DNA of 49,063 nucleotides from a virus (Duplodnaviria; Heunggongvirae; Uroviricota; Caudoviricetes): IMG/VR virus record IMGVR_UViG_2718217860_000001; one strand, 5' to 3'. Shown piece by piece: positions 11,011 to 19,180 of this stretch (position 1 is its first letter; each line of letters starts with the position of its first letter). The notes under the pieces were generated by a model. It saw only the letters and a program-made list of their open reading frames with translations, ran no database searches and was not told where the DNA came from. The position numbers and the translations under genes were made by a program.

Positions 11011-11574
11011 ATGAGGCTAACCGTGGGTAAGTATCACTGGAAAGTAGAAAAACAGCCTGAGTGGTACGTGAAAGCTGTCAGAAAAACTATCGCAGCGTTG
11101 CCGGGTGGTTACGCTGAAGCAGCTGACTGGCTGGATGTAACAGAGAACGCATTATTTAACCGCCTTCGTGCCGATGGCGATCAGATTTTCCCGCTGGGAT
11201 GGGCAATGGTTTTACAGCGCGCGGCTGGCACTCACTACATTGCGGATGCTGTCGCACAGTCTGCTGGTGGGGTGTTTGTATCGCTTCCTGAAATTGAGGA
11301 AGTAGAGAACGCCGATATAAACCAGCGCCTGCTGGAAGTCATCGAACAGATCGGGAGTTACTCAAAGCAGATTCGTTCGGCAATCGAAGATGGGGTAGTG
11401 GAGCCACACGAGCAGACAGCAATTAATGATGAGTTGTATCTGTCAATTTCGAAGCTCCAGGAGCATGCAGCACTGGTCTACAAAATCTTTTGCGCTCCAG
11501 AAAAGAGTGACGCCCGCGAGTGTGCAGCTCCGGGCGTCGTGGCGTTTTGTGTCTGTGGAGAAACTAACGCATGA
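11011..11574 (+). CDS. hypothetical regulatory protein (CII/YdaT-like position)
   Basis: 187-aa ORF directly downstream of cro; its stop overlaps the next start (ATGA). Function inferred from position only. Confidence 0.35.
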   Translation: MRLTVGKYHWKVEKQPEWYVKAVRKTIAALPGGYAEAADWLDVTENALFNRLRADGDQIFPLGWAMVLQRAAGTHYIADAVAQSAGGVFVSLPEIEEVENADINQRLLEVIEQIGSYSKQIRSAIEDGVVEPHEQTAINDELYLSISKLQEHAALVYKIFCAPEKSDARECAAPGVVAFCVCGETNA

Positions 11575-12407
11575 ACAGTTTAACGGCAAATAACCGTTTG
11601 TCGCAACAGCTGGTGGTCAGCGTCGCTGAACACCTGTTGTTACGGCATGAATGCAGATTACCAAATCACCTGGCTGTAAGTAACCACAGAGAACTTTACC
11701 TGACTGTGGGGGGCGAGTTGTGCAGGAACTTAACCGCTGGTTTCGTGACGGAAGAGGACTTTATGTTCATGTTATTCGTTGGGAGCCAGAAACACAGCGC
11801 GTTATCTATCTTCGCAAAGACTACCCGCATGAGTGCTTTAGTCCTTTGTGGAAATTCAGGCGTGATTTTGTTGAGTGTGAAGGACCACCAGCACATTGAT
11901 TCTGCCATTCCGGGACGTTACACTGTTCAGGCACCTTATAAAGCGGGTGCCGGGATTGGCGTCCTGGAATTGATCAAGGCGATATATGACGCGCCAGCGT
12001 CTTTTTTATCGTCCGCATTTGCTCACATCAAAGTTATGGTGGGCTGGGCGGGGGCATCGAAAGATGCGCCGGTTTCCTTGATCACCGGTTACGCCAACCC
12101 CGTTCAGTTCACCACCAGCGAAATTGGCGTTTCCGGTGGTGGAAGTATTTCACCGATCAAGGAGGCTGCCATCATGGCTACTGTCCCAGCCCTCACTCGT
12201 CTGAATGATGAAGACTTACATAAACTCAGTTATGTAACAACTGCACTACGTGCTCTGCGCAAGGTAACTCTTTCGGATCCGCAGGCACATCAGGTTCTGG
12301 TAGAAACCCTTCTTAACTTGCAAGCTGAACGTATTCGTCTGGCGGATAAGGCTAATTTTCATATTCACCGTCTCCTGAATATCAGCGGAGGGCATCGTCA
12401 TGCTTAA
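11571..12407 (+). CDS. hypothetical protein; reading frame uncertain near a G6 homopolymer
   Basis: 278-aa ORF with translationally coupled start. An overlapping frame across 11684..11890 reads more protein-like (…NRWFRDGRGLYVHVIRWEPETQRVIYLRKDY…), and the two frames meet at the G-run 11708..11713. Confidence 0.3.
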   Translation: MNSLTANNRLSQQLVVSVAEHLLLRHECRLPNHLAVSNHRELYLTVGGELCRNLTAGFVTEEDFMFMLFVGSQKHSALSIFAKTTRMSALVLCGNSGVILLSVKDHQHIDSAIPGRYTVQAPYKAGAGIGVLELIKAIYDAPASFLSSAFAHIKVMVGWAGASKDAPVSLITGYANPVQFTTSEIGVSGGGSISPIKEAAIMATVPALTRLNDEDLHKLSYVTTALRALRKVTLSDPQAHQVLVETLLNLQAERIRLADKANFHIHRLLNISGGHRHA

Positions 12408-12636
12408 TCCGTTGCTCCTCAACATTTACCGTTTATTTCAGCGTAAAAAAATATCAACACCCACAGTTGGGCAGTGGTACACCACGCCAGCAGGGCATGT
12501 TCTACGTGTCAGCCTGGTTGACCGTGAATGTCAGAAGGTGATTTGTGAACCGCTGGGCCGTAATTACCGCGTCAGTATGCCGCTTATAGCCTTTCGCTCC
12601 GGAAAAAACATGAAGCATCTCGGAGGTGCAGCATGA
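12400..12636 (+). CDS. hypothetical small protein
   Basis: 78-aa ORF overlapping both neighbours by a few nt in a coupled chain. Confidence 0.3.
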   Translation: MLNPLLLNIYRLFQRKKISTPTVGQWYTTPAGHVLRVSLVDRECQKVICEPLGRNYRVSMPLIAFRSGKNMKHLGGAA

Positions 12637-13451
12637 GTATGGAGCTGATGGTTAAAGCGATGAAAATTCGAGTGGGTAATCCATTGCGAAAACTGGTTCT
12701 GATCAAGCTGGCTGATAATGCCAGCGATCAGGGCGAGTGCTGGCCCAGCTACCAGCATATTGCTGACCAGTGCGAGATTAGCAAACGTTCTGTGATGAAT
12801 CATATTGCGGCCCTTTGTGATTCCGGGCTGGTAAAAAAAGTCACCCGGAAAGGTGAAAAAGGTAACTCAAGTAATATCTATCTCCTTCATCTTGATGGTG
12901 CAGGAGATTCACTAGGGGGTAGTGCAAATAATTCACTATCTGGTGCAGCAAATTCACCAGGTAGTGCAGGAGTTGCACCAGGGGGTGGTGCAGGAGATTC
13001 ACCCAGAACCAGTCACTCTTTTGAACCAGTCAAAGAACCAGTCAAAGAACCAATAGCTGTTGGTGCATCTGCTGATGAGTCCGTGCGAGTTCGTTCAAAC
13101 CGACCGGAATACTCTCCGGAGTTTGAGCAGGCATGGCTGGCATACCCCAAACGTGCTGGTGGCAATTCAAAATCTGCAGCCTTCAAAGCCTGGAAAGCTC
13201 GTTTGAATGAGGGGGTAAAACCCGAAACCATGCTGGAAGGTGTGAAACGCTACGCGGGCTGGGTATCTGCGATGGGTAACAGCGGCACACAATTTGTGAA
13301 ACAGGCTGTCACGTTCTTTGGTCCGGATCGTCATTTCGAAGAATCCTGGGAAGTTCCTGCGGTATCTGCAGCCAGACGCGAGGACCCGTACTTCAAAGCC
13401 AGTTACGACAACGTGGACTACAGCCAGATCCCGGCAGGATTCAGGGGGTGA
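12633..13451 (+). CDS. phage replication protein (N-terminal winged-helix, O-like position)
   Basis: N-terminus LRKLVLIKLADNASDQGECWPSYQHIADQCEISKRSVMNHIAALCDSGLV resembles the HTH of phage replication initiators; internal Gly/Ser/Ala-rich linker encoded by repeated DNA; C-terminal region EFEQAWLAYPKRAGGNSK. Confidence 0.55.
   Translation: MSMELMVKAMKIRVGNPLRKLVLIKLADNASDQGECWPSYQHIADQCEISKRSVMNHIAALCDSGLVKKVTRKGEKGNSSNIYLLHLDGAGDSLGGSANNSLSGAANSPGSAGVAPGGGAGDSPRTSHSFEPVKEPVKEPIAVGASADESVRVRSNRPEYSPEFEQAWLAYPKRAGGNSKSAAFKAWKARLNEGVKPETMLEGVKRYAGWVSAMGNSGTQFVKQAVTFFGPDRHFEESWEVPAVSAARREDPYFKASYDNVDYSQIPAGFRG
12897..13047. repeat. iteron-like imperfect direct repeats inside the replication gene (candidate origin)
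   Basis: Five related ~18-20-bp units (GGTGCAGGAGATTCAC-like) starting at 12897, 12918, 12941, 12961 and 12984 with ~21-bp spacing, followed by tandem AACCAGTCAAAG x2 (13024..13047). Confidence 0.4.
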
Positions 13452-13466
13452 TCATGAGTCTTTTGA

Positions 13467-13943
13467 ATGAAGTTCAGAAATTCATTGAAGCCCATCCGGG
13501 GTTGTACTTCCGGAGACATTGCGGATGCTTTTGCAGGTTACTCACGGCAGCGCGTTCTGCAGTCAGCAAGCAAGTTACGTCAGAGTGGGCGTGTGGCTCA
13601 CCGTTGTGAAGGAGATACACGCAGACATTTCCCGCGCCTGACTGAGAGAGCGCAGGAACCGGAACCACAACCAGTTCGAGAAACCAGACCTGTGCGCAAT
13701 TTCTATGTCGGCACTAACGATCCCCGGGTGATTTTGTGCCTGACCCGCCAGGCTGAAGAACTGGAGTCAAGGGGCTTATACCGTCGTGCTGCAACGGTGT
13801 GGATGGCGGCATTCCGTGAAAGCCACTCCCAGCCAGAACGAAACAATTTTCTGGCGCGTCGTGAGCGGTGCTTACGGAAAAGCAGCAAGCGCGCTGTATC
13901 GGGTGATGAGTGGTATCTGTCAGGGAATTACGTGGGGGCTTAA
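13467..13943 (+). CDS. small regulatory protein, ANR/PerC-like C-terminus; N-terminus probably frameshifted
   Basis: C-terminal AEELESRGLYRRAATVWMAAFRESHSQPERNNF resembles ANR-family small regulators. An upstream ATG at 13455 in another frame (MSLLNEVQKFIEAHPG) joins this frame only if the G4 run 13498..13501 were G3. Confidence 0.4.
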   Translation: MKFRNSLKPIRGCTSGDIADAFAGYSRQRVLQSASKLRQSGRVAHRCEGDTRRHFPRLTERAQEPEPQPVRETRPVRNFYVGTNDPRVILCLTRQAEELESRGLYRRAATVWMAAFRESHSQPERNNFLARRERCLRKSSKRAVSGDEWYLSGNYVGA

Positions 13944-14596
13944 TGAGTAATAAATATTGCCAGGCGCTGGTGGAGTTGCGAAACAAACCAGCCCATGAAC
14001 TGAAGGAAGTGGGCGATCAGTGGCGCACACCGGACAACATTTTCTGGGGAATTAACACCCTGTTTGGCCCGTTTGTTCTGGATCTGTTTACTGACGGTGA
14101 TAACGCCAAATGTGCCGCGTATTACACGGCGGAAGACAACGCGCTGGCGCATGACTGGTCAGAACGTCTTGCGGAGCTTAAAGGTGCTGCCTTTGGTAAT
14201 CCCCCATACAGCCGCGCCAGTCAGCATGAGGGGCAATACATCACCGGCATGCGTTACATCATGAAACATGCCAGTGCCATGCGTGATAAGGGCGGGCGCT
14301 ATGTTTTCCTGATCAAAGCTGCCACCAGCGAAGTGTGGTGGCCGGAAGATGCGGACCATATTGCTTTTATTCGCGGGCGTATTGGTTTTGAACTGCCTGC
14401 CTGGTTTATCCCGAAGGACGAGAAGCAGGTGCCGACAGGAGCTTTTTTCGCTGGTGCTATTGCTGTTTTCGACAAGACCTGGAAGGGACCGGCAATCAGC
14501 TACATCGGGCGCGATGAACTTGAGGCATGTGGTGAGGCGTTTCTGGCGCAGGTTCGCCAGCAGGCGGAAAAACTGGTCAGGGAGATGGCGGCATGA
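13943..14596 (+). CDS. phage Dam-like N6-adenine DNA methyltransferase
   Basis: 217 aa from the ATG at 13943, which overlaps the upstream stop; catalytic motif NPPYS (…AAFGNPPYSRA…), typical of lambdoid Nin-region methyltransferases. Confidence 0.8.
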   Translation: MSNKYCQALVELRNKPAHELKEVGDQWRTPDNIFWGINTLFGPFVLDLFTDGDNAKCAAYYTAEDNALAHDWSERLAELKGAAFGNPPYSRASQHEGQYITGMRYIMKHASAMRDKGGRYVFLIKAATSEVWWPEDADHIAFIRGRIGFELPAWFIPKDEKQVPTGAFFAGAIAVFDKTWKGPAISYIGRDELEACGEAFLAQVRQQAEKLVREMAA

Positions 14597-14919
14597 CGAC
14601 GTTAACTCAATGCCAGCAGCAGGTGCTGGATATGCTGATTTCTTACCAGAAAGAACGTGGCTTCCCGCCAACCAATCAGGAGGTGGCAACCATGCTGGGA
14701 TACCGTTCAGTGAATGCAGCGGTGGAGCATCTTCGCGCACTGGAGAAAAAAGGCGTCATCACGATAAAGCGTGGCGTGGCCCGGGGGATAACGCTTCATA
14801 CCGCAGTGAAGGACGACGACAGCGAGGCGGTCTGGATTATCCGCTCACTGCTTGCCGGTGAGGAAAACGCCAGGCTGCGTGCAGCCAACTGGTTACATGA
14901 GAGAGGCCTGAAAGTATGA
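14593..14919 (+). CDS. LexA N-terminal DNA-binding-domain homolog (no peptidase domain)
   Basis: 108 aa. MTTLTQCQQQVLDMLISYQKERGFPPTNQEVATMLGYRSVNAAVEHLRALEKKGVI aligns with the LexA N-terminal domain (…[52 protein letters not shown]). Confidence 0.65.
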   Translation: MTTLTQCQQQVLDMLISYQKERGFPPTNQEVATMLGYRSVNAAVEHLRALEKKGVITIKRGVARGITLHTAVKDDDSEAVWIIRSLLAGEENARLRAANWLHERGLKV

Positions 14920-15305
14920 AGCTGATTCTGCCTTTTCCGCCCAGCGTGAACACGTACTGGCGACACCCCAACAAAGGGGCGTTTGCTGGTAAGAGCCTGA
15001 TAAGCGCGGCGGGGCGAAAATTCCAGAGCGCGGCGTGCGCAGCAATAGTTGAGCAGTTACGTCGTCTGCCGAAACCAACGTCGGCACCTGCTTCAGTGGA
15101 GATCGTGTTGTTTCCTCCGGATAACCGGATCCGCGATCTGGACAACTATAACAAGGCGCTGTTTGACGCCCTGACCCACGCGGGGGTGTGGGAAGACGAC
15201 AGCCAGGTGAAAAGAATGCTGGTGGAGTGGGGACCGGTTATCCAGAAAGGGAAGGTCGAGATCACTATCAGTAAGTATGAGAAACCGGCGGGTGCAGCCG
15301 CCTGA
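14916..15305 (+). CDS. rusA: RusA Holliday-junction resolvase
   Basis: 129 aa; MKLILPFPPSVNTYW...DLDNYNKALFDALTHAGVWEDDSQV matches the RusA family. Confidence 0.85.
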   Translation: MKLILPFPPSVNTYWRHPNKGAFAGKSLISAAGRKFQSAACAAIVEQLRRLPKPTSAPASVEIVLFPPDNRIRDLDNYNKALFDALTHAGVWEDDSQVKRMLVEWGPVIQKGKVEITISKYEKPAGAAA

Positions 15306-15324
15306 TCAAGAGGAGAAACGAAGT

Positions 15325-16134
15325 ATGAATAATCTGATGGTCATTGATGGTATTGAAGTTCGTCGTGATGCTTATGGGCGTTACAGCCTGAACGATCTGC
15401 ACAGGGCAGCCGGGGGAGAACAAAAAAACCGCCCGAAATACTGGCTCTCCAATAAGCAAACCTGTGAATTGATTGAACAACTTTTCACCGATGGTGGAAT
15501 TCCGCCTCTGGAACAAAATCAACCAGTTAGCGTCATTAATGGCGGAAATAACCAGGGGACGTATGTCTGCAAAGAACTGGTGTATGCCTATGCAATGTGG
15601 ATCAGCCCGTCATTCCATCTGAAGGTGATCCGTACTTTCGACATGGTAACCAGCGCACCGGAAAAATTATCCGGACAGGCTGCTGACAAGATGCAGGCTG
15701 GCGTGATCCTGCTGGACTTTATGCGCCGGGAATTAAATCTGTCTAACTCATCAGTGCTTGGAGCCTGTCAGAAGCTTCAGGAGGCTGTTGGCTTACCGAA
15801 TCTGGCACCGCGCTATGCCATTGATGCTCCTGCTGACGCGCCTGATGGCTCAAGTCGCCCCACGCTGTCGCTGAGTGCACTGCTGAAGCAGTATGGTATC
15901 CGCCTGACGGCTAATCAGGCATATCACCAGATGGTGAAGCTGGGGATCGTTGAACAACGCGAACGATACAGCCGTACCGCGATTAACAACATCAAAAAAT
16001 TCTGGTCGCTGACGGCGAAAGGCTGCATGTTCGGCAAGAACATCACCAGTCCTGCAAATCCGCGCGAGACGCAGCCGCATTTCTTCGAATCCCGATTCCC
16101 TGAGCTGTTAAAGCTGCTCGATACCGTTCATTGA
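15325..16134 (+). CDS. KilA-N domain protein (antirepressor-like)
   Basis: ATG at 15325 with AGGAG RBS; N-terminal KilA-N-like region (GRYSLNDLHRAAGGEQKNRPKYWL). Confidence 0.55.
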   Translation: MNNLMVIDGIEVRRDAYGRYSLNDLHRAAGGEQKNRPKYWLSNKQTCELIEQLFTDGGIPPLEQNQPVSVINGGNNQGTYVCKELVYAYAMWISPSFHLKVIRTFDMVTSAPEKLSGQAADKMQAGVILLDFMRRELNLSNSSVLGACQKLQEAVGLPNLAPRYAIDAPADAPDGSSRPTLSLSALLKQYGIRLTANQAYHQMVKLGIVEQRERYSRTAINNIKKFWSLTAKGCMFGKNITSPANPRETQPHFFESRFPELLKLLDTVH

Positions 16135-16135
16135 G

Positions 16136-17131
16136 GTGACCGTGAGAGCACTACTGACCCCTGAAATTGCCCCGCGTATGGGGATCGTATTGTTCAGGCC
16201 AGGTTCAGAGCTGATGCCCCTGTTTATGCAGGGGCGTGTTCTGCTGGAGCCTGAGCCGGAACGTTATTCATCTTTCGCCAGTGGTGCCGTTCCGGCGGCA
16301 TCACAACCGCTGGCGGATGATCCTGCCGTTCGGGCCGTGTTCCGCAATGAGGCAGTGATCCGTCGTGCTGGTGGCGTGGAATGTCTTGAAAGCTGGTTAC
16401 GTCGTGAAAAAGGCTGCCAGTGGCCTCATTCCGACTGGCACAGCGAGAACATGACCACAATGCGACACGCTCCGGGCGCAATCCGTCTGTGCTGGCACTG
16501 CGATAACCAGCTGCGCGATCAGTTCACGGAACGGCTGGAATCAATGGCAACGGATAACTGTGCCCGCTGGGTGTTGTCTGTTGTGCGTCGGGATCTCGGT
16601 TTTGATGATAGTCACGTTGTGACAATGCCGGAACTGTGCTGGTGGCTGATTCGTAATGACCTGGCGGATGCCTTACCGGAAAGTGCAGCCCGTAAGGCAC
16701 TGAGATTACCAAAGCCTGTTGTGCCGTCTGTCACCCGGGAAAGTGACCTTGTGCCTTCGGTTCCTGCCACCAGCATCATCCAGGATAAGGCAAAAAAGGT
16801 GCTGGCGCTGAAAGTGGATCCGGAGTCGCCGGAGTCTTTTATGTTACGCCCAAAACGCCGCCGCTGGGTTAATGAAAAGTACACGCGCTGGGTTAAGACA
16901 CAGCCGTGTGCATGTTGTGGAAAGCCTGCTGATGATCCCCACCACCTGATAGGCCACGGTCAGGGTGGAATGGGTACAAAAGCGCATGACCTCTTTGTGT
17001 TGCCTTTGTGCAGAAAGCATCACGACGAGCTGCATGCGGATACCGTGGCATTTGAAGAGAAGTATGGCTCCCAGCTGGAGCTGATATTTCGTTTTATCGA
17101 TCGTGCGCTGGCAATTGGCGTACTGGCGTAA
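16136..17131 (+). CDS. DUF968-like protein with Cys/His cluster
   Basis: 331 aa; C-terminal CACCGKPADDPHHLIGHG...CRKHHDELH cluster typical of DUF968 proteins in lambdoid Nin regions. Non-ATG (GTG) start. Confidence 0.5.
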   Translation: MTVRALLTPEIAPRMGIVLFRPGSELMPLFMQGRVLLEPEPERYSSFASGAVPAASQPLADDPAVRAVFRNEAVIRRAGGVECLESWLRREKGCQWPHSDWHSENMTTMRHAPGAIRLCWHCDNQLRDQFTERLESMATDNCARWVLSVVRRDLGFDDSHVVTMPELCWWLIRNDLADALPESAARKALRLPKPVVPSVTRESDLVPSVPATSIIQDKAKKVLALKVDPESPESFMLRPKRRRWVNEKYTRWVKTQPCACCGKPADDPHHLIGHGQGGMGTKAHDLFVLPLCRKHHDELHADTVAFEEKYGSQLELIFRFIDRALAIGVLA

Positions 17132-17144
17132 GTGGAGAACGAGC

Positions 17145-17897
17145 ATGAACCTTGAAGCCTTACCAAAATATTACTCCCCAAAATCTCCAAAATTGAGCGA
17201 TGACGCACCGGCGACAGGCTCAGGTGGTTTAACGATTACGGATGTGATGGCTGCGCAGGGGATGGTGCAGTCGAAAGCACCGCTTGGGTTTGCCTTATTC
17301 CTGGCAAAAGTTGGTGTTCAGGATCCTCAATTTGCGATTGAAGGTCTGCTCAATTACGCGATGGCACTGGATAACCCGACATTGAACAAATTGAGTGAAG
17401 AAACCCGGTTACAGATCATCCCTTACCTTGTGAATTTTGCCTTTGCTGATTATTCCAGGTCTGCGGCAAGTAAGGCTCGCTGTGAGCATTGTGCTGGTAC
17501 TGGATTTCATAATGTATTGCGCGAAGTGGTGAAACACTCCAGAAGCGGGGAATCTGTTATCAAGGAAGAGTGGGTGAAGGAACTATGTCAGCATTGCCAT
17601 GGTAAGGGAGAAGTCAGCACAGCGTGCAGAGGGTGTAAGGGTAAAGGTATTGTCCTGGATGAAAAAAGAACCCGGCTTCATGGTGTGCCTGTTTATAAGA
17701 TTTGTGGGCGTTGCAATGGCAACCGGTTTAGCCGTTTACCAACCACACTGGCGCGGCATCATGTCCAGAAACTGGTACCGGACCTGACGGATTATCAGTG
17801 GTACAAAGGATATGCAGACGTTATTAATAAACTGGTTACAAAGTGCTGGCAGGAAGAAGCGTATGCTGAATCGCAATTGAGAAAAGTGACAAGATAG
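17145..17897 (+). CDS. Q-like late antiterminator (zinc-binding)
   Basis: Three Cys pairs (CEHCAGTG, CQHCHGKG, CRGCKGKG); located just upstream of a strong promoter/terminator pair, as Q sits before PR'/tR'. Confidence 0.6.
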   Translation: MNLEALPKYYSPKSPKLSDDAPATGSGGLTITDVMAAQGMVQSKAPLGFALFLAKVGVQDPQFAIEGLLNYAMALDNPTLNKLSEETRLQIIPYLVNFAFADYSRSAASKARCEHCAGTGFHNVLREVVKHSRSGESVIKEEWVKELCQHCHGKGEVSTACRGCKGKGIVLDEKRTRLHGVPVYKICGRCNGNRFSRLPTTLARHHVQKLVPDLTDYQWYKGYADVINKLVTKCWQEEAYAESQLRKVTR

Positions 17898-17928
17898 ATA
17901 ATTTTCGCCGAAGATGTCGACGTGATAC

Positions 17929-17957
17929 TTGCATTTTTCAAAAAATATGGATAAGAT
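17929..17957 (+). promoter_or_regulatory. candidate late promoter (PR'-like)
   Basis: TTGCAT (17929..17934), 17-bp spacer, TAAGAT (17952..17957), directly downstream of the Q-like gene. Confidence 0.4.
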
Positions 17958-18004
17958 TTTCTCAACGATGGGCCTTGTATGTCTACCGTTGGTAAATGTC
18001 AAAA

Positions 18005-18028
18005 ACCCGCCGCTGAGCGGGTTTTTTT
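18005..18028 (+). terminator. rho-independent terminator (tR'-like)
   Basis: Stem acccgc/gcgggt with 6-nt loop followed by T7 run. Confidence 0.6.
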
Positions 18029-18177
18029 GTGCCTGATGTCTCATGAAACTATGAAATGGATTGGTGAGTTAAACATTTTTTCTTATTATCTTTTAGATTT
18101 TGGAGAGATGGTTAACGTCTGTATTCCAGAAACTCGATGGTTATTTAATAAATTAGTTTCAATGATGCTTCTAGGTT

Positions 18178-18603
18178 ATGACTGTAATGAAAAAGGTATT
18201 AATAGCAGCGATAGGTTTTTGTTTAGTTGGTTGTGCAGGTATGAAATTACCTGAGTATTCGCAAGTTAAAGCAAGTCCGTATTATACAGATTGCCGTGCG
18301 TTTGCCATGGATGTTTATAAAAATGATGGATACAGCAAAATTGCGAAAACTACTATCCTTAGCATGGATGATGTGAAAGCTAGATATATTGTGACAGGGT
18401 GTGTAGTTGCTATGGGGAAAAACACTGTAGAGGAAATCAAAGCTGATCTCTCTGCTAAAGGGAGTTCTTTTGGGCTTATCAGTGGAGCTTGTTCTAGTGC
18501 GGCATGTCGGGTTGATGTAGAGCAGCAAATGAACGCTTATGTACTTGGTAGTTATTATGCTGCAAATAAAAAATTCCCGGATAAAATGAAAGCAGAGTTT
18601 TAA
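18178..18603 (+). CDS. lipoprotein moron (signal peptide plus lipobox LVGC)
   Basis: N-terminus MKKVLIAAIGFCLVGCAG; AT-rich segment bounded by two near-identical terminators. Confidence 0.7.
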   Translation: MTVMKKVLIAAIGFCLVGCAGMKLPEYSQVKASPYYTDCRAFAMDVYKNDGYSKIAKTTILSMDDVKARYIVTGCVVAMGKNTVEEIKADLSAKGSSFGLISGACSSAACRVDVEQQMNAYVLGSYYAANKKFPDKMKAEF

Positions 18604-18681
18604 GCAAACCTTGTTTTCGATTATATGTCGAAGATAAATGTTAGTAACGGCATAATAAGTAAATATATAGCTGTGATAGCA

Positions 18682-18705
18682 ACCCGCCACTGAGCGGGTT
18701 TTTTG
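18682..18705 (+). terminator. rho-independent terminator, near-duplicate of 18005..18028
   Basis: acccgcCActgagcgggtttttt versus acccgcCGctgagcgggttttttt. Confidence 0.6.
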
Positions 18706-18802
18706 TACCCGTAAACTTGGTGCAGTACAGTAAACACGCTGGTGGTCGTGAATACTGACTTTTTATCTTGCTGGCTTTTTAGACAAGAGTTATTGGTATG
18801 TC

Positions 18803-19030
18803 ATGTTAACCAGAAGGGAAAAAGACATGCTAAAACAGCAAGATATGACAGAAACCGCCGCCGCAGTCCTTCATTTCTTACCTGCTGACAAGTGGGTAAC
18901 GCCACGCATGATGACGAGAACTACCGGAGTAAGCGAAGCCCGGTGCCAGTTAATACTGACTCAGTTAGTTCTGGCGGGTCTGGCGAAGGATAACGGCGGG
19001 TACGGGAATAAATTCAGACGCTGCCAGTAA
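18803..19030 (+). CDS. hypothetical small protein
   Basis: 75-aa ORF between the lipoprotein moron and the methyltransferase; no motif recognised. Confidence 0.3.
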   Translation: MLTRREKDMLKQQDMTETAAAVLHFLPADKWVTPRMMTRTTGVSEARCQLILTQLVLAGLAKDNGGYGNKFRRCQ

Positions 19031-19180
19031 TGGCGGTTTCCTGCTGTGAAAATGGGCGGCTGGTGGGTGTTGGTAGCACCTGCCAGCCATTCGCTCATGC
19101 TTACTGGTCACAAGCGAACCACGGCCCACTGCTTTAGCGCAAAAGCAGAGTGAGCCTACCAGAGTTACGCTTACTGATCC

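Noticed and set aside
14159-14740. 193-aa minus-strand ORF
   Set aside because: Antisense to the phage Dam-like methyltransferase and LexA-like genes, which have clear motifs and coupled starts.
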